This document shows, in pieces, positions 1 to 13,344 of a DNA stretch of 64,000 nucleotides. A model generated the notes under the pieces. That model worked only from the letters and a program-made list of their open reading frames with translations, had not been told where the DNA came from and made no database searches. The stretch spans positions 36,270,001-36,334,000 of the forward strand of contig JBHGNT010000001.1 of the NCBI GenBank assembly GCA_043228905.1, read 5' to 3'. Origin of the DNA: Azolla caroliniana (lineage: Eukaryota; Plantae; Polypodiophyta). Position 1 is the stretch's first letter. Every line of letters begins with the position of its first letter. The translations under genes were made by a program, and so were the position numbers.

Positions 1-54
1 TAGCAGGGCGGCCATGAACAAGAGTGGTGCCATGGATACAAGTAGCCTTAGCAT
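1..54 (-). CDS. Probable start of a secreted protein gene running off the left edge (MLRLLVSMAPLLFMAALL...)
   Basis: Minus-strand ATG at 54 opens 18 hydrophobic, signal-peptide-like codons to the window edge. A TATATATA run lies at about 200-210, roughly 150 bp upstream. Confidence 0.4.
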   Translation of the reverse strand, partial: MLRLLVSMAPLLFMAALL

Positions 55-426
55 CCTAAAGCCATGGCCAATTGTCAGAAGCCCCATTCCTCAAGCCAAA
101 AGCTAATATCACTATGAAATGTTTGAGGAACCAACACACAAAGAACACAATAATGCTACACAACCTTAGTAGTAGTTTCTTGTGGGGGGGATGGTGCGTG
201 TATATATATAGCCCAATGTCTTACTTATAGTTACTAATGGCTATAAAGGTTACATGTGTGGAAATAAAAACTACTTTGGGTGTGTGTGTCTGTGTAGTAT
301 TAGTAGTAGTAGCATTTATACCCCATGCGATTGCGTAGCTAAGGGATCTTGCTATCAACTTTTTGGCCTCTTTTCGTCATGCCAACTAATCTATTGGCTC
401 GAAACGCCCACAACCGTGAAGAATCC

Positions 427-429
<3 letters not shown>

Positions 430-472
<43 letters not shown>
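430..472. repeat. (CT)n microsatellite
   Basis: Perfect CT dinucleotide run. Confidence 0.95.
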
Positions 473-478
<6 letters not shown>

Positions 479-2677
479 GAATGGAGTCTGGGGCATATCA
501 TTGTCTATAATTCTCTCTATGATCACACTTCTACATTATCGCTTTGTCTCATATCATTGCCTACCTTTGGTTCCTTGTCGCGCCCTCCCCCCAGTTAAAA
601 ACCATTCTCTCGTTTTCAAGGAGTCCATTTTTGCCTCTTTCATGTCCTTACGATGGACCAACGAGAGAATAGTATCATTTTCTCCAATAATTCTATTTGT
701 AAAAGATCTTGACTCGTAGTCAACAATAGAAGAAGCAGTGTTTTCTTCGCCTTTTCCCTATACACGTTTCTATATGATTTATGTGCCTAGAATCTTATGG
801 GTAGAAATTAGAGAATGTACAATCGTTCGTTTTAATCAGTTGTTTGCATAGAGAGAGAGAGAGTGTGTGTGTGTGTGTGGATAAAAAGGTAAAGAAATAT
901 GGAGTACTATGTCAAAGTGCAAGTGGATGATGCAATAACGATTTTCTTGCATTTGGGAGTCGTCAAGACTTGTAGTATTGGCATGAAAGTGTGTCAAAGG
1001 GTGGACTTTCTTCAATGACTTTAAAGAGGGAAGCAGAGATATAGTGTGATACTTTTTACCTGTGTCAAATCCACAAAAAGGGCTTTTTCCACTTCGAAAT
1101 GCTCAAACATTGATGGAATTTGTAGGTTTCTAGTATTAAACTTAACCTAAGAGACAAGGTGGAATGAGATCAACATGTGAATCCTCTCAGCTCTCCCTCT
1201 CTCAAAAGTTTCACACACACACCAATTTTATATTTTGTACAATGGAGTCTCTTTTGGTTCTAATGCACAATCTTCCTATATTTATTTACACCTCCTCACA
1301 TTAGGTAGAGCAACCCCTTCTATCTTACCAAGGTTGGGATTGATGAACACAATGCAATACCTTCATCCACAACAATAGCGGGACGAGAATTATTCTTTGA
1401 CTTTGATCATCGTCACTAATTTACAAGGTTGCTACTTCAATACAATGATATCATATACCAACCTCAAACATTTGAAACCACACACTATCAATCATTTGTC
1501 GATTTTGATGCTTCACGATCATTGGCTTGAGCACAAGGTTGCAACCTCTTTTATTGATAACTCAAAAGCTTGTAACCTCGATTTGACAATATTGTGGTAT
1601 TGTATACCAACTTCTAACATTCAACAATGTATGATTGACCGTTTTAATGATCCATTTATCATCTTGTGCACCTGTATGAAAGTTCTCACTCACAATATGT
1701 ATGACTTGTAAGCTCCATTACTTGAAAGTACATGATATATGTTCAAGGGATCTTGCGAATTCACTGATGGAGAGGTTATACCATGTATCAACATATTAAA
1801 TTACCCCTTGAATGCCCATCTCTCCATAGTTTATTAAAATTTATAAGCTGACCTTTAAACATACTTTTTTTTTCCCAAAAGAAAGTATACGTCCATTAAT
1901 ATTTAGAAAAGTTACTTTTATGATTGTATGCGCATTTATTGAGATAATTCAAAGTTTAGAAGTTGTGCTCATCCTTGTTTGCCAAAGTGATTCATATGTC
2001 ATCCTAATTTGTTTGGTTGGACAAGAGAGGGATTTTTTCTTTTCAACTAATAAAATGCATCCTTATGTGTAGATATTTCCTGACACATCTAGTGCGTGCT
2101 TGACATAGTTTAGACAAAGGTCTTGTGAAAATTTAGGATCAAACATGGCCATCTCCAATTTTTATGAAAATATTAAAAAATAATTTTGATTAGAAACAAT
2201 TGAATCTATATACTAAAAATCTAGAGGTCCTACTTCCTATTAGTTTTTTGTACCATTATTAGCATTGTGTGCAATTTGATATAATTTTGAGATATCCTAG
2301 ATGCAAATGACTATGGGAGGCTAGTTATCCGAAACGATGTGTGTGGCCTTAGTAGAATCACAAGTATCCACATGTGATGACAACCATCTAACACAAATAA
2401 AATGTAACGATCCAATTGTTATTATTTACAACATTATTGGCACACATTTTGTTACACCAATCCACAATACAGTTTAGACCTTTTATAAGTTACCTTATAT
2501 ATGACTTTTAATTTTGGGAATTCTTGGATGGCATTCAAACACAAGCTTCCTTACCAAACATGTTTCCTTTACTATTATTTACATTTCTAAGACTTTATAA
2601 ATTATGAGAGTTCTTTACCATAGATATTCATTACCATTCTTTTAAGCCAATTGATTTGGAAAGTCAAACAAATTCAC

Positions 2678-3104
2678 ATCTCTATTACATGTGCTTTTTT
2701 TAGTAACACTTTTATTACTAGTGGGAAACCTCAAAGTCAGGTAAAAACCCACAAAGAATAAAGAGAAATATACAAGTGTCGATTAGACACTAAAGAGCTT
2801 AGAAGCACTCAAAAGTAAAGAGTGTAAATTTGCAGTGTGATGTCTCTAAGTTGCAAACAATCAAACAGAGATTGCATGAGGGATTGTTTAAAGAAGCTAA
2901 CTTCATGCAGTTGGTTTTGATCAAAGACCTTATTATTGCAGGCCATACAAATGGTCCAAAGTGCCCAAAATCTTGTCCATTGGAGAAAATTAGGCATTGT
3001 TGGATAGGGCGCACAAAATTTGTCCAAATAGCCAAAAGTGTTTCCCAAACCTTCAGCCGGGAAATCTGTGAGAAAGAGATGCACTTAATCTCTATTACAT
3101 GTGC
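2678..3104 (-). mobile_element. 5'-truncated non-LTR (L1-like) retrotransposon fragment with 17-bp target-site duplication
   Basis: Identical ATCTCTATTACATGTGC at 2678-2694 and 3088-3104. T7 at 2695-2701 is a poly(A) tail on the minus strand. The internal minus-strand translation (..RLKVW..SCNLC..LETSH..FEC) resembles a zf-RVT region. Confidence 0.7.
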
Positions 3105-4055
3105 GCCCCTAATGCATATCAATAGATGAAGTTGGCTATTGCCACTCCCTTTTTCTTAATAAACTCTATGTTCTATATATTGTCACTTATAAACATGTCA
3201 CACATGTTTGAGCTGATTTTGTATGCATTCTCTTAATTTGCATATGTAATGTTAATGTTCCCTTTATATTTTCGTTGGAAAACGATGGTTAGAAATGCTA
3301 CGATATACTCTTCCATCATGCACATGGGTTCCATTAACTTCTTAAGGAAGGTTATTAAGATAGAAAGACAACATGTATGTCTCCTTTGTCAATCCTTAGA
3401 CATTCAATCAATTATTGGAAAACAAGAGTGGAATATGGAGGATATTGCGCTATATTTTAAAAAGAATTTTGAGATTGATTGGGTTAAACATGCCATACTT
3501 CTTGAGCGAACCCCTTCCTCAATATACATTGATGACAACATCATAAATTCAAACTAGTCAAGTCCAAGCATACATATCTAATGTTCTAAATGTAATCAAT
3601 ACAGCTAAGTCCACCAAGTGTCTTTTCATCCATCATGAAAATAATACTCTGCAAAAAACAAAATATAAGCCAATGGTGCACCATGATGTCCAAATGCGAC
3701 ATGATTGTTATTATATGGATTGTCAAAATTTCCCAAACACAATCAAACTTCTCAAATATATTAGAACAAAAAATGCTTGATATGGTTTGCACATAATGCA
3801 ACTCCATTCATAATCATCATAATCCATTTATGCCATTGACAGTAAAAGTCAACAGAACAATCCAACATTTTTTTCCTCAATGTCATCATGGTATTTATTA
3901 CCTTTGCTCTATGTGTGCATGTTCATCTACGCATGTTTACCAACTATAGTTGTGATGTCTTTTCGATGACATTCTAGGGTATATAATATACATCGTGTTT
4001 CCTATATATCCTTAGGGTGCCCTTGGAGTGTGTCATGACGTAGGGAACTCGTTTA

Positions 4056-4317
4056 CAAAGTATCATGGCATAGAGTCAAATAGCTTAACAACCAAGAAAA
4101 CATCACACTCTCATATTTATGATTTTCCTAGTTGTTTGTGTGTGCAAATAACCTTGGTGATCTTCTTCTCCCAAATTGCTCTTGCAAAGTATCAGGGCAT
4201 AGAGTCAAATAACTTACCAACCAAGAAAACATCACACTCTCATATTTATGATTTTCTTAGTTGTTTGTGTGTGCAATATAACCTTGGTGATCTTCTTCTC
4301 CCACATTGCTCTTGCAA
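4056..4317. repeat. Tandem duplication, 129-bp unit x2, inside an LTR-like segment (about 3950-4590)
   Basis: CAAAGTATCA.GGCATAGAGTCAAATA... starts at both 4056 and 4185, with few mismatches between copies. Confidence 0.9.
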
Positions 4318-5472
4318 TTGTTCATGTGTTTAGCTTGGTTGGATTTTGTCCCACAATTTATAGAATCATTGCCATCTCCTTTGTACGACTAGTGTAGGGG
4401 GGACATAATTCCAAACTTGCACATTTAGGGTTGTTTGTAGCGGTTAGAAAGTGGAAGCACTAATCCCCTTGGTCTCTTTGTGTGTGTTCACGCTTGATCC
4501 CATCCATGTGTCTCTAATTTGTGGTTTACATTGAGATGAGGTTATTTGAGTTGTGTCACTCATTTGTACTATGTCCCACACACACACAACATGTGTTTTG
4601 ACACCATATGCACTAACTCAATTGTTGTCATGTCACTGCATTATTTTATTTGTATTTATGTACGATTCACGAATTGCTTTTACTTTTTTCTAAGTAGTTT
4701 AGATTATGCTTAGAATTTCCTAGTTTTTAGCACATTAAATTTAAAAACTATTTTATTAAATATTTGATAATTAAATCTCCCATTACCAAATAGATAAACT
4801 CCTCATAAGTGTTTGAATAGTGACTAGAGCCTAGTTAATTAGAGAAAAGCATAGGATCATCATTGGTATTGTTTTGGTAAGAAAACTAAGAAAAATGAAA
4901 TCCTTAATCGATCAATATGTAACAAGTAGAAATATGGCACAATCATGTTGGTGGTGACTTGCTAACTATTTTGTGTATATGTACATATCATTGTATGTCA
5001 TGGTGTATTGTCCTTTTCTTTTTCCAAACTAACACATTTAGTGCTCTAAATAATTGAAGGATGCATTTAAGAATGCATCGATACATACAACATATAACTA
5101 GTTTTTCAATTGACTTTAGACAAATACCCTCGCAAATTACTAACTTTTTGCTTATTATCATAGTTTTTTTGTTTGCTTCAGTAGAAAATATTGCACACTG
5201 AATGTTTCGCTGCCGCACCAATCATTATGCCCTTTATTCCCTATAATCATACCGATGACATTTCTACCTACAAATGAGGTTAGTCATAGATAGGCTTTCA
5301 GTAGTGTTCGGGGAAAAGAAAATATACAAAAAGTTAACAAACCATGTAAACGAGGTTTTTTTCGATTAGATTCTTCGCAATACTATTTATGTTGGTCCAT
5401 GCTTTTATAAAAATTAGACAAGAACCAACTAGTATGATATTGAGTTGAATTACGACTCTTGTGTACATTAGA

Positions 5473-5710
5473 GTGCACATCTAAGATTATTTGCTATGCT
5501 TTCTATGTTTGACAAATTTCAATGAGGATTATGATTATTCCAAGTGAACACGCTTTAGTTGGTGGCAAGTGAATAGGAATAGTGGAGGCTCGTGCACATC
5601 TAAGATTATTTGCTATGTTTTCTATGTTTGACAAATTTCAATGAGGATTATGATTATTCCAAGTGAACACGCTTTAGTTGGTGGCAAGTGAATAGGAATA
5701 GTGGAGGCTC
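5473..5710. repeat. Tandem duplication, 119-bp unit x2
   Basis: GTGCACATCTAAG...GTGGAGGCTC at 5473-5591 and 5592-5710; one mismatch seen. Confidence 0.95.
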
Positions 5711-6103
5711 TTGACTCGGTAAATGTGGAGTGACAAGAAGTGGTTTAGATTATTCACAACTAGCCACGATTCATAGATCTCTCTCTCTCTCTCTCTCCCC
5801 TCCTAGTGTTTATCTTAGATTTCTGTTTGGTTTCTACTTTTTGCTTTTCAAACGTATATATGCAATTATTAGAAGCTTGGCATTTCAATCATCAAAATTT
5901 GATGGTCTATTTAGGCTCTTATGATAATATTCAAAAGAAAGATCTTGTGCAAAATGATGTTCTCAATTAGCTCAACATGTAACATGCTTGTGGCCTCTTA
6001 CGTTTATGTATGTCTCTCTTTTCCGAGGATGGTTAGTTGTCGTTTGATTTTTTTCTCTCTTTTTTTTCAATTATTTTTTATCGTAATTGGCTTACCCTAG
6101 TGG

Positions 6104-6139
<36 letters not shown>

Positions 6140-6479
6140 GCCAAATGCTTGCTTCTTAATGACATAAGAAAATAATGTTTACACTTATACTTTAGATATC
6201 CTATTATGTTCGATACTTTCTAATACGATGATCAACACTTTTTCCTTATTTGACCAAAATATTTGTTTAAACGCACGTGAAACAAACACATACACCAATA
6301 AATGTTGAAGCTATCAATAATATGATAATCTCTATCACTAACTCAATCTCAATCGTAATGATAATGATAATGTTTGACATACATGAATAATGAAAATTGA
6401 AATCTCATTCACGAATATAATATTGTATATGCATCAATAATCACACTCTCGATATCAATTATAGCCACAATCGTTCATA

Positions 6480-6629
6480 TTGGTCCCTCTCAATCTCAAT
6501 TGGGATCGTCAAACATCCAAAAATGGCAACAACATCATTCTTAAAGATTTCATGACCCAATCTCCATAGTTGGTCCCTCTCAATCTCAATTGGGATCATC
6601 GTATGCTCATAAATGGCAACAACATCATT
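6480..6629. repeat. Partial direct repeat, 90-bp period
   Basis: TTGGTCCCTCTCAATCTCAATTGGGATC...AAATGGCAACAACATCATT occurs twice. Confidence 0.85.
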
Positions 6630-6739
6630 GTCAAACTCAATTTTTACTATTCTTCTTAGTCTCCGATTGCATCAAGTTTTAATGAGGCAACTTATAAATG
6701 TGATATAATTATGGTCACATAAACTCTTCTTTTGCATGT

Positions 6740-7545
6740 GAATTCATACCAACGATGTAGGCATTATGGCCAAGTAGGGGGGATCATTCACACACACACA
6801 AAACAAGATTTAACATGGAGTTTTTAGGTGGTCTTTGACCCTTAAATATATTTGAGCATTCCTACTTAAAATAGTTGGAATTCAGGTCACAAGAGGACTA
6901 TAGACAATATACAATACCACAACTTTATCGAGGGCAAGCTTAGTGGAACAAAGTAAGAGTGAGGAGAAAAGCTTAATGAGGGGAGGTGGTTTAAAGGGAA
7001 CAAAAGGAGAAAAACTTATCCATGAGGAGCAAAAACAACATTATATAGCATGTATTGGGAGAACAAAACAACTTGCCACTAGGACCACCGTTTACCATCT
7101 TCATTAGTAATAGGAAGCATAGTGAGAATTAAGGAAGATGCGGAATTGTTAGAGGCAGATGAATAATAGAGCAATACCACTCAAACTTCGAAGATCTTCT
7201 GCACCAATTAACTCGTATCTATCACATGTAGAGCATTCTAGCATGAATGGGCAATGGATGCATTTGATCTTCAGCTACTCACAGTAGATTGAGAAGCTTG
7301 GCTCTAGCAATGTAAGGAAGCCTACTACTTCCTGGATGTGGAGGCAACACCAGATATGAAGAGGGTGTATCATGGCATCATTGTTGACATAGAATGCAGA
7401 ACTGATTTCATGAATTGCTGCCGACACATTCCCTTGATATTCCACATGAATGCTTTGCACTTCAACTCCCAATACTTACTACCTTGGTTAGAGAAGTCCA
7501 CCACATCAATGCCATCCCAAAGCTTCTCTAACTCTTCCATATAAA
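6740..7545 (-). mobile_element. Degenerate Copia gag-like remnant
   Basis: Minus-strand translation has many stops but includes KLWDGIDV (like the gag LW.xVDG motif) and a decayed zinc-knuckle-like ..LGHNAY.. near 6760-6800. Confidence 0.35.
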
Positions 7546-8823
7546 AAGCGCATAATAAGCATTCATTGGTTTTTCCACTTTATGTTTCCCAATTTATCAG
7601 CTAATAATGATACGAGACAATGAAGTGTCTTTATTAAACCTGATCGAATATTGTAGTTACCAAACGTTATGAACCATGTGAGGTGGTAGGTGAACAACAA
7701 TGTGACAACATTGAGTTGTTACTCGCAATGTGGCCCCCTTGTCGCCATTGTTTTGCTTACCTATTCGTTATTCTTATAGGCCTCAAAAGGATTTATACTA
7801 TAAGTTGCGTAAAGAAGGATATGCCCTACCTTAGCAAGGGTGATCTCTAGTACTCCAATTTCCAAATATCTTCTTCTTCACCTATAATTATTCTCTTGAG
7901 AAATCTTAAACGTATTTTTCCTCGTAAAAAGAACACCATTCACTTTGGCTCTCTCAATTTATGACTTCGATGTTCTAGTGTTGGCCCACCATACCAACGA
8001 CATAACTACATGGAGGGAAATTGGTGTCACAATTATAAGATGTTGAAATTAACTTGGTATTGTAGATGTAGATAATTTTCTCCTCATGAAAAAATTATAC
8101 TCCTAAAGCTAAATCCATGACCAAACATTTGTGCTTTTGCCGGTATGTTATGGTTTCATTGTTCATGACTTCATGGTATTGAAGAGTAAAATATAAAATA
8201 GTGTTAAATCGTCCTAGAGTTTAGATTTACAGGTCACTATTCTATAATATAGATTTTAGCAACAACTCTTTTAAAATTTTGCATGAAAATGCAAGAAGTG
8301 TAGTAGATTTCGACATCTAAACATCGAATTTGGTTGTGAACTAAGGCACTTTAATGCTTTTGAGGGTGACTTAGATTACGACCCCTAATAAAAGCATATA
8401 AAAAAAGTAGAATTATTTTGCACATGACCAAAGCTTCAAATATGATCACTTCGCATGTGATAGACATAGTGGCCAACTTTGGTTGTCCAACATCTTTAGG
8501 TTGGAGAGAAGGTTGCCCAACCCAGAAATTTCTCTCCTAATAGTTTTGTCCCATGTCAATATGGAGTTGTTCGATATGAACTGGCCAAAGTGGCTAGAAT
8601 GTGGATCAGGTGATAGGATCCAGTTTCTTTCTTTAAATTATTCTCCCCCAATGTTGTTTTGCACCAAATCAACATTAAATTCGTCTGATAACTTAAAGAG
8701 TCAAGCAATCGTAGGTAGTCGGGACATGGATTCGACAAAGGAGATATGCAATGATCATCAAGATAGACATGCATTCAGTCGACAATGAGATGCGAATTTG
8801 TTGTTAAACGAGTCAGGAGATGC

Positions 8824-8828
<5 letters not shown>

Positions 8829-8860
<32 letters not shown>

Positions 8861-9021
8861 GCGGGCGGGCCGGACGGGCGGTGGACGAGAGCCCGAGGAC
8901 CAATTAATCGCAAGGAAACGGAGAATCATGGGATACCAAGCTCGCGTCCCCACCAATCAATTTGTCTGGAAAAAAGTTGTGGTCTCAAACGATTCAACTC
9001 TCTCTCTCTCTCTCTCTCTCT
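8829..9021 (+). promoter_or_regulatory. RSH promoter region with (GA)n and (CT)n tracts around a GC-rich core and a CCAAT box
   Basis: (GA)n at 8829-8856, GC-rich 8857-8900, CCAAT near 8953, (CT)n at 8998-9021. Telo-box-like TAGGGTTT near 9316 and 9431. Confidence 0.5.
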
Positions 9022-9574
9022 CCCCCAAACACCCGGGAACAGAGCTATCTTCACAACAACTACTCAGAGCTTATTTTTACAGTGCACAGTATCTCCTCGA
9101 AGATTCTCAGACACGCAGATATTTCCTCGGAGTCTCTCGTTGGTTCTCTCTGTGATTCTGAATCTGCAGAACAACAGAGTTTTTTCTTTCTTTCCTTGAC
9201 TGGTATTCTCTTCCTTGCTCTTTTCGATTAATTTTACCTTAAAATAAAGAGCAGGATATGGGTTTTGCAACCCCCCTCCCTAAAAAAACAAAAAAAGAAC
9301 GAAAAGTAAACGGATTAGGGTTTACAGATTTCCCTTTAAATACGTTAGGGCTTTGCAAATTTGCACACGAATAGATTTGTGGTTTATATAAAACAGATAG
9401 GTTTTTTTGTAGATTTGGTTTCATATGAATTAGGGTTTAGCAGAAATTTTCCGTAATTAGCTATCAAAGAGATTCAAATGTAATATTAAACATTTACATC
9501 ACGTTGACAATTTGTCTTCGTTCAGCATTTTCAGACACCTGGTTGTTAACTGCATTCCCGTTGACAAAAACGCC

Positions 9575-12401
9575 ATGTTTACCACAACCTCTATTTATTC
9601 TACTTCACCTCCGACAAGTATTCCTGGAAGTTGCAACTCATCATCCAATCAGGTTTCTGCCACATGTACAGTTGAATTTGATTTCCACATCCGATCTCAC
9701 ACCTCTTCTTGTCATAACAGCCATAACCATGTCTCAAGACCTATTATTGGAGGTCTTTCATCTATTTTTGCAAACTCCTCAGGCCGATATATGCCTTGTT
9801 CAAACTCTCCCGATGCTGGTTCGGTTGATGGTAACTCCTTACCGAGACGATCATCACACAACGATATTTCAGCATTAATAGACGCATCCGAAAAGAAAAT
9901 TGATATGCCGTTTCTTAGAGAGAAAACCCCAATTTCCTCATTGTCACATGGGTATCAAAGTCTCACAAACAAATTGACTAAGTCATCCGTTGCACATGGT
10001 GAAGCTAGATCTCTAGATAATAATCCAGATCTATATTATCTCAGTGATCTCAAAGATTGGTCTGATATGAAACCACCAGCTCCTCTCCTCACAAAGATGG
10101 CTTGTTCATCTCTTTCAGATTTCTTTTGTAAGCCTCTTTATCCCGAGGCTTTAATTAGGTCTCGTGAAATTTTGCGAAATGCACAACGAAATTATGAGGT
10201 ATTCAAGGATCCTGTTGTTATTCAAGGATTCAAGGAAGCTGACCAAGCTCATAGTGGACAAGTGAGATACCTAGTTCTATCACCTAAATTGAAGTTTGAT
10301 TTTTTCTGTATTCCTATTTGAGTATTTCCGCCCCTATAAGAATCCATTTTCAGCTAATCCATTTCCTTATATACTTGTAGATCCGGGCAAATGGAGATCC
10401 ATACCTTGTCCATTGCGTGGAAACCGCAACAATTCTAGCTGAAATTGGTGCCAATAAAGTAGTTGTAGCTGCAGGACTCCTCCATGATACAGTAGATGAC
10501 TCTTCCATTGACCATAGCTATTTAGAAGAACGTTTTGGGTCTGATGTTGCTAATCTTGTGACGGGAGTAAGTGAGCTTATATATTCCATGAATAAACATG
10601 CGGACATTTCTAATGGAGCTCATGCTTAGCTTAACTACTAAATTATAGGTTTCAAAGCTGAGTGAATTTAGCAAACTGGCCCGAGATAACAATACAGCTT
10701 ATAAGTCAGTTGAAGCTGATCGTTTGCATACAATGATGCTAGCAATGACAGATGTACAAGTTGTTCTTATCAAATTGGCCGATAGATTACATAATATGAG
10801 GACCCTCGGAGCACTCCCCAGAGAGAAACGGATGCGCCTTGCAAAAGAAACATTGGAAGTGTTTGTGCCTCTTGCTGGTAGGCTTGGCATTTGGAGTTGG
10901 AAAGCTGAAATGGAAGACTTGTGCTTCAAATATCTCGATTATGAGAATCACCGGAAATTGTCAAGAAAACTAGCGGAGGGATTTAGAGAGAAAATTATAC
11001 TCTCGGCAATACAGACTCTTTACAAGGCATTACTTGCTAAAGGGGTGCAGTACCTTGACCTATGTGGGCGTCCCAAAACTCTTTACAGTATTCACCAAAA
11101 GATGGTAAGGTAAGTAAGTTGATGTGCTGTTCAACCGTAGAAAGCTGAAATGACCACTTGACGTGTGGTGGATGTTATAACATTATATCAATGATTGACG
11201 GCTGAAGAGGAGTGCTAAAAGCAATTGTAAGAAATAACAAATATCTGTATGAAAAATTATATATAGGAAAGGACTGAAGATCGAAGAAATATATGATGCC
11301 CAAGGGTTAAGATTAATCGTTGCTGATGTGGCGGATTGTTATACGGCTCTGGATGTTGTCCATGCTATCTGGCCATGTGTTCCAGGAAAGGAAAAGGACT
11401 ATATCAGCCAGCCGAAACAGAATGGGTAAGACTTTTGTGGTTGATCATTATTACTGTTACAAAATTCTTAGTAGATGACATGGAATGGGTTGACTGGCCA
11501 AGGGCTATGCTTGATATTCATGGGACTTGGATAGGATTGGTTGGCATAAAATTTCCTTATTTAAGGATTTACTTTGTTTGCAGATACCAATCCCTTCATA
11601 CTGTGGTTTGGGGTGAAGATGGGCTTCCACTAGAGATTCAGATAAGAACTATGGAAATGCATCATCAAGCCGAGTTTGGAGTTGCGGCACATTGGAGATA
11701 CAAGGAGGGCAATGTTCCTCATTCCTCATTTGTCATGCAAACAGTTGAGTGGGCAAGATGGGTCTTAACATGGCAAAATGAGATAAAGGACATGAAGAAA
11801 TTAAGGTTGTTCAAGGGAGTGATGGCTACAAATCTTCCTTGCTCCTTCCCTTTCCATAATGAAGATTGTCCATACTTGGATCTTTCATTTAGGCCACCTT
11901 ACGATCAAGACAGCCCTCTCTTCGTAATTGTTGTTCAAGAAGAAAAGGTAATATTGCACATTATCATTTATCAACCTTTTCATTCACTAGGGCAGAAGAA
12001 TAAAATCAATATTTGAAGCCCCATATACTAGTCTGATTCCATGATTCAAATCGGGATGCTGTTCCATGTGTTTCAGTTGTTTATTTTGTATTTGACAGAT
12101 GATGGTTCAAGAACTTCCTGGGAACTCCACTGTAGCAAACTTTTTGGAAGGAATTAGTAATGAAGATTATCTTATCGGTGTTGATGTTGTTGAGGCCAGA
12201 TTGAGAGTCAATCATAATGAAGTAAAAGATGTCCACCATAAGCTGCAAATGGGTGATCTCATCGAGGTGGTGCCTGAGAAGTCCCTTGATGACTATAGAG
12301 AGGAGTTTATGCGTATTTATGATGATTGCTCCATAGTTAACATTAAGAAGAACAATTCTAAACCATCAAGGGGAAGGTTGTCAGAGATAGCAGTCTTCTA
12401 A
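9575..12401 (+). CDS. RSH2: RelA/SpoT homolog, RSH2/RSH3 clade (plastid (p)ppGpp synthase), 6 exons
   Basis: Exons 9575-10261, 10381-10566, 10649-11109, 11267-11425, 11584-11947, 12099-12401; all GT-AG and phase-compatible. Ser/Thr-rich transit-like N-terminus, HD domain ([27 protein letters not shown]) and synthetase motifs ([38 protein letters not shown]). Confidence 0.93.
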
Positions 12402-13344
12402 GAAAGGCGCCTTTGTAAATTAGTGTATATAAAATGCAAATGTACATAACCTTTATTTCATTGTCCTCAAGATGTTCATATACCTGATGGACTGCATTTG
12501 TGATTTTACAAATCAATAAATTTCTGTTTTATAAAAATGATTTTATATTTGTCGGGTGTATGACATAAGCTCTGGCACAATGTCAATCATTTTCCAATCC
12601 TCAGGACTCAGGACCTTGTTCTTTTGCTTCACATTGATTTTCAAACTCCTACTGATAATGTGAACATGCCTTAGCAAGATTTGACAAAAGCATTGACCTG
12701 ATCATGAATGAAGACCTTCCTATAATCTAGCTATAGCTTAGCTGTTAGCATAACAAGTTTCTCCTTCAAATTTAGTTTGCCAATAGGCTGGGGGGTGAAG
12801 CATGCTAAAATACACTTTTCGAAATGTTGTGTTACTATACAGCATCAAGAAAGTCTCATTTCCAGTGTGTTTCTCACCATAATTCGGAATTAAAATCATG
12901 ACTTATATGTCCTGCTGAAAAAAGGTTGGGAGTGGTGGTGGTTAACATATACAACATGATAGATTATGACAGCTTGAAGTGAAATATTCTTTACAATTTA
13001 CAAAACAGCTGAACAAATACTACAAAAAGATTCATATCTTTCCAAACGAGCTTATATTTCTTCAACACAAATATTCAATAAAAACAGCTAAAAGATAAAC
13101 ATAACCCAACACATTGTTTAAAATTGAAAGAATGCTTTGGCTTATATGATTAGAATGGATTGGCTTACATTGTAGGGATTCATAATACATAGCACGGAGA
13201 AGTAACAGAATTATTTTTATGCACCAAATGAAAGTACATGAGTGCAAATTCTCACAACTCCCAAAAACTTCATACCCTCCAAAATGAAAACCACCTACAA
13301 AAAATTTGAAATCCCCCCATTACATCTTTTTGCTTTCCCCTCGA

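Noticed and set aside
254-8800. Many 60-130 aa ORFs in the ORF track
   Set aside because: Mostly TTG/GTG starts, microsatellite translations or transposon debris, with no recognisable domains or splice structure.
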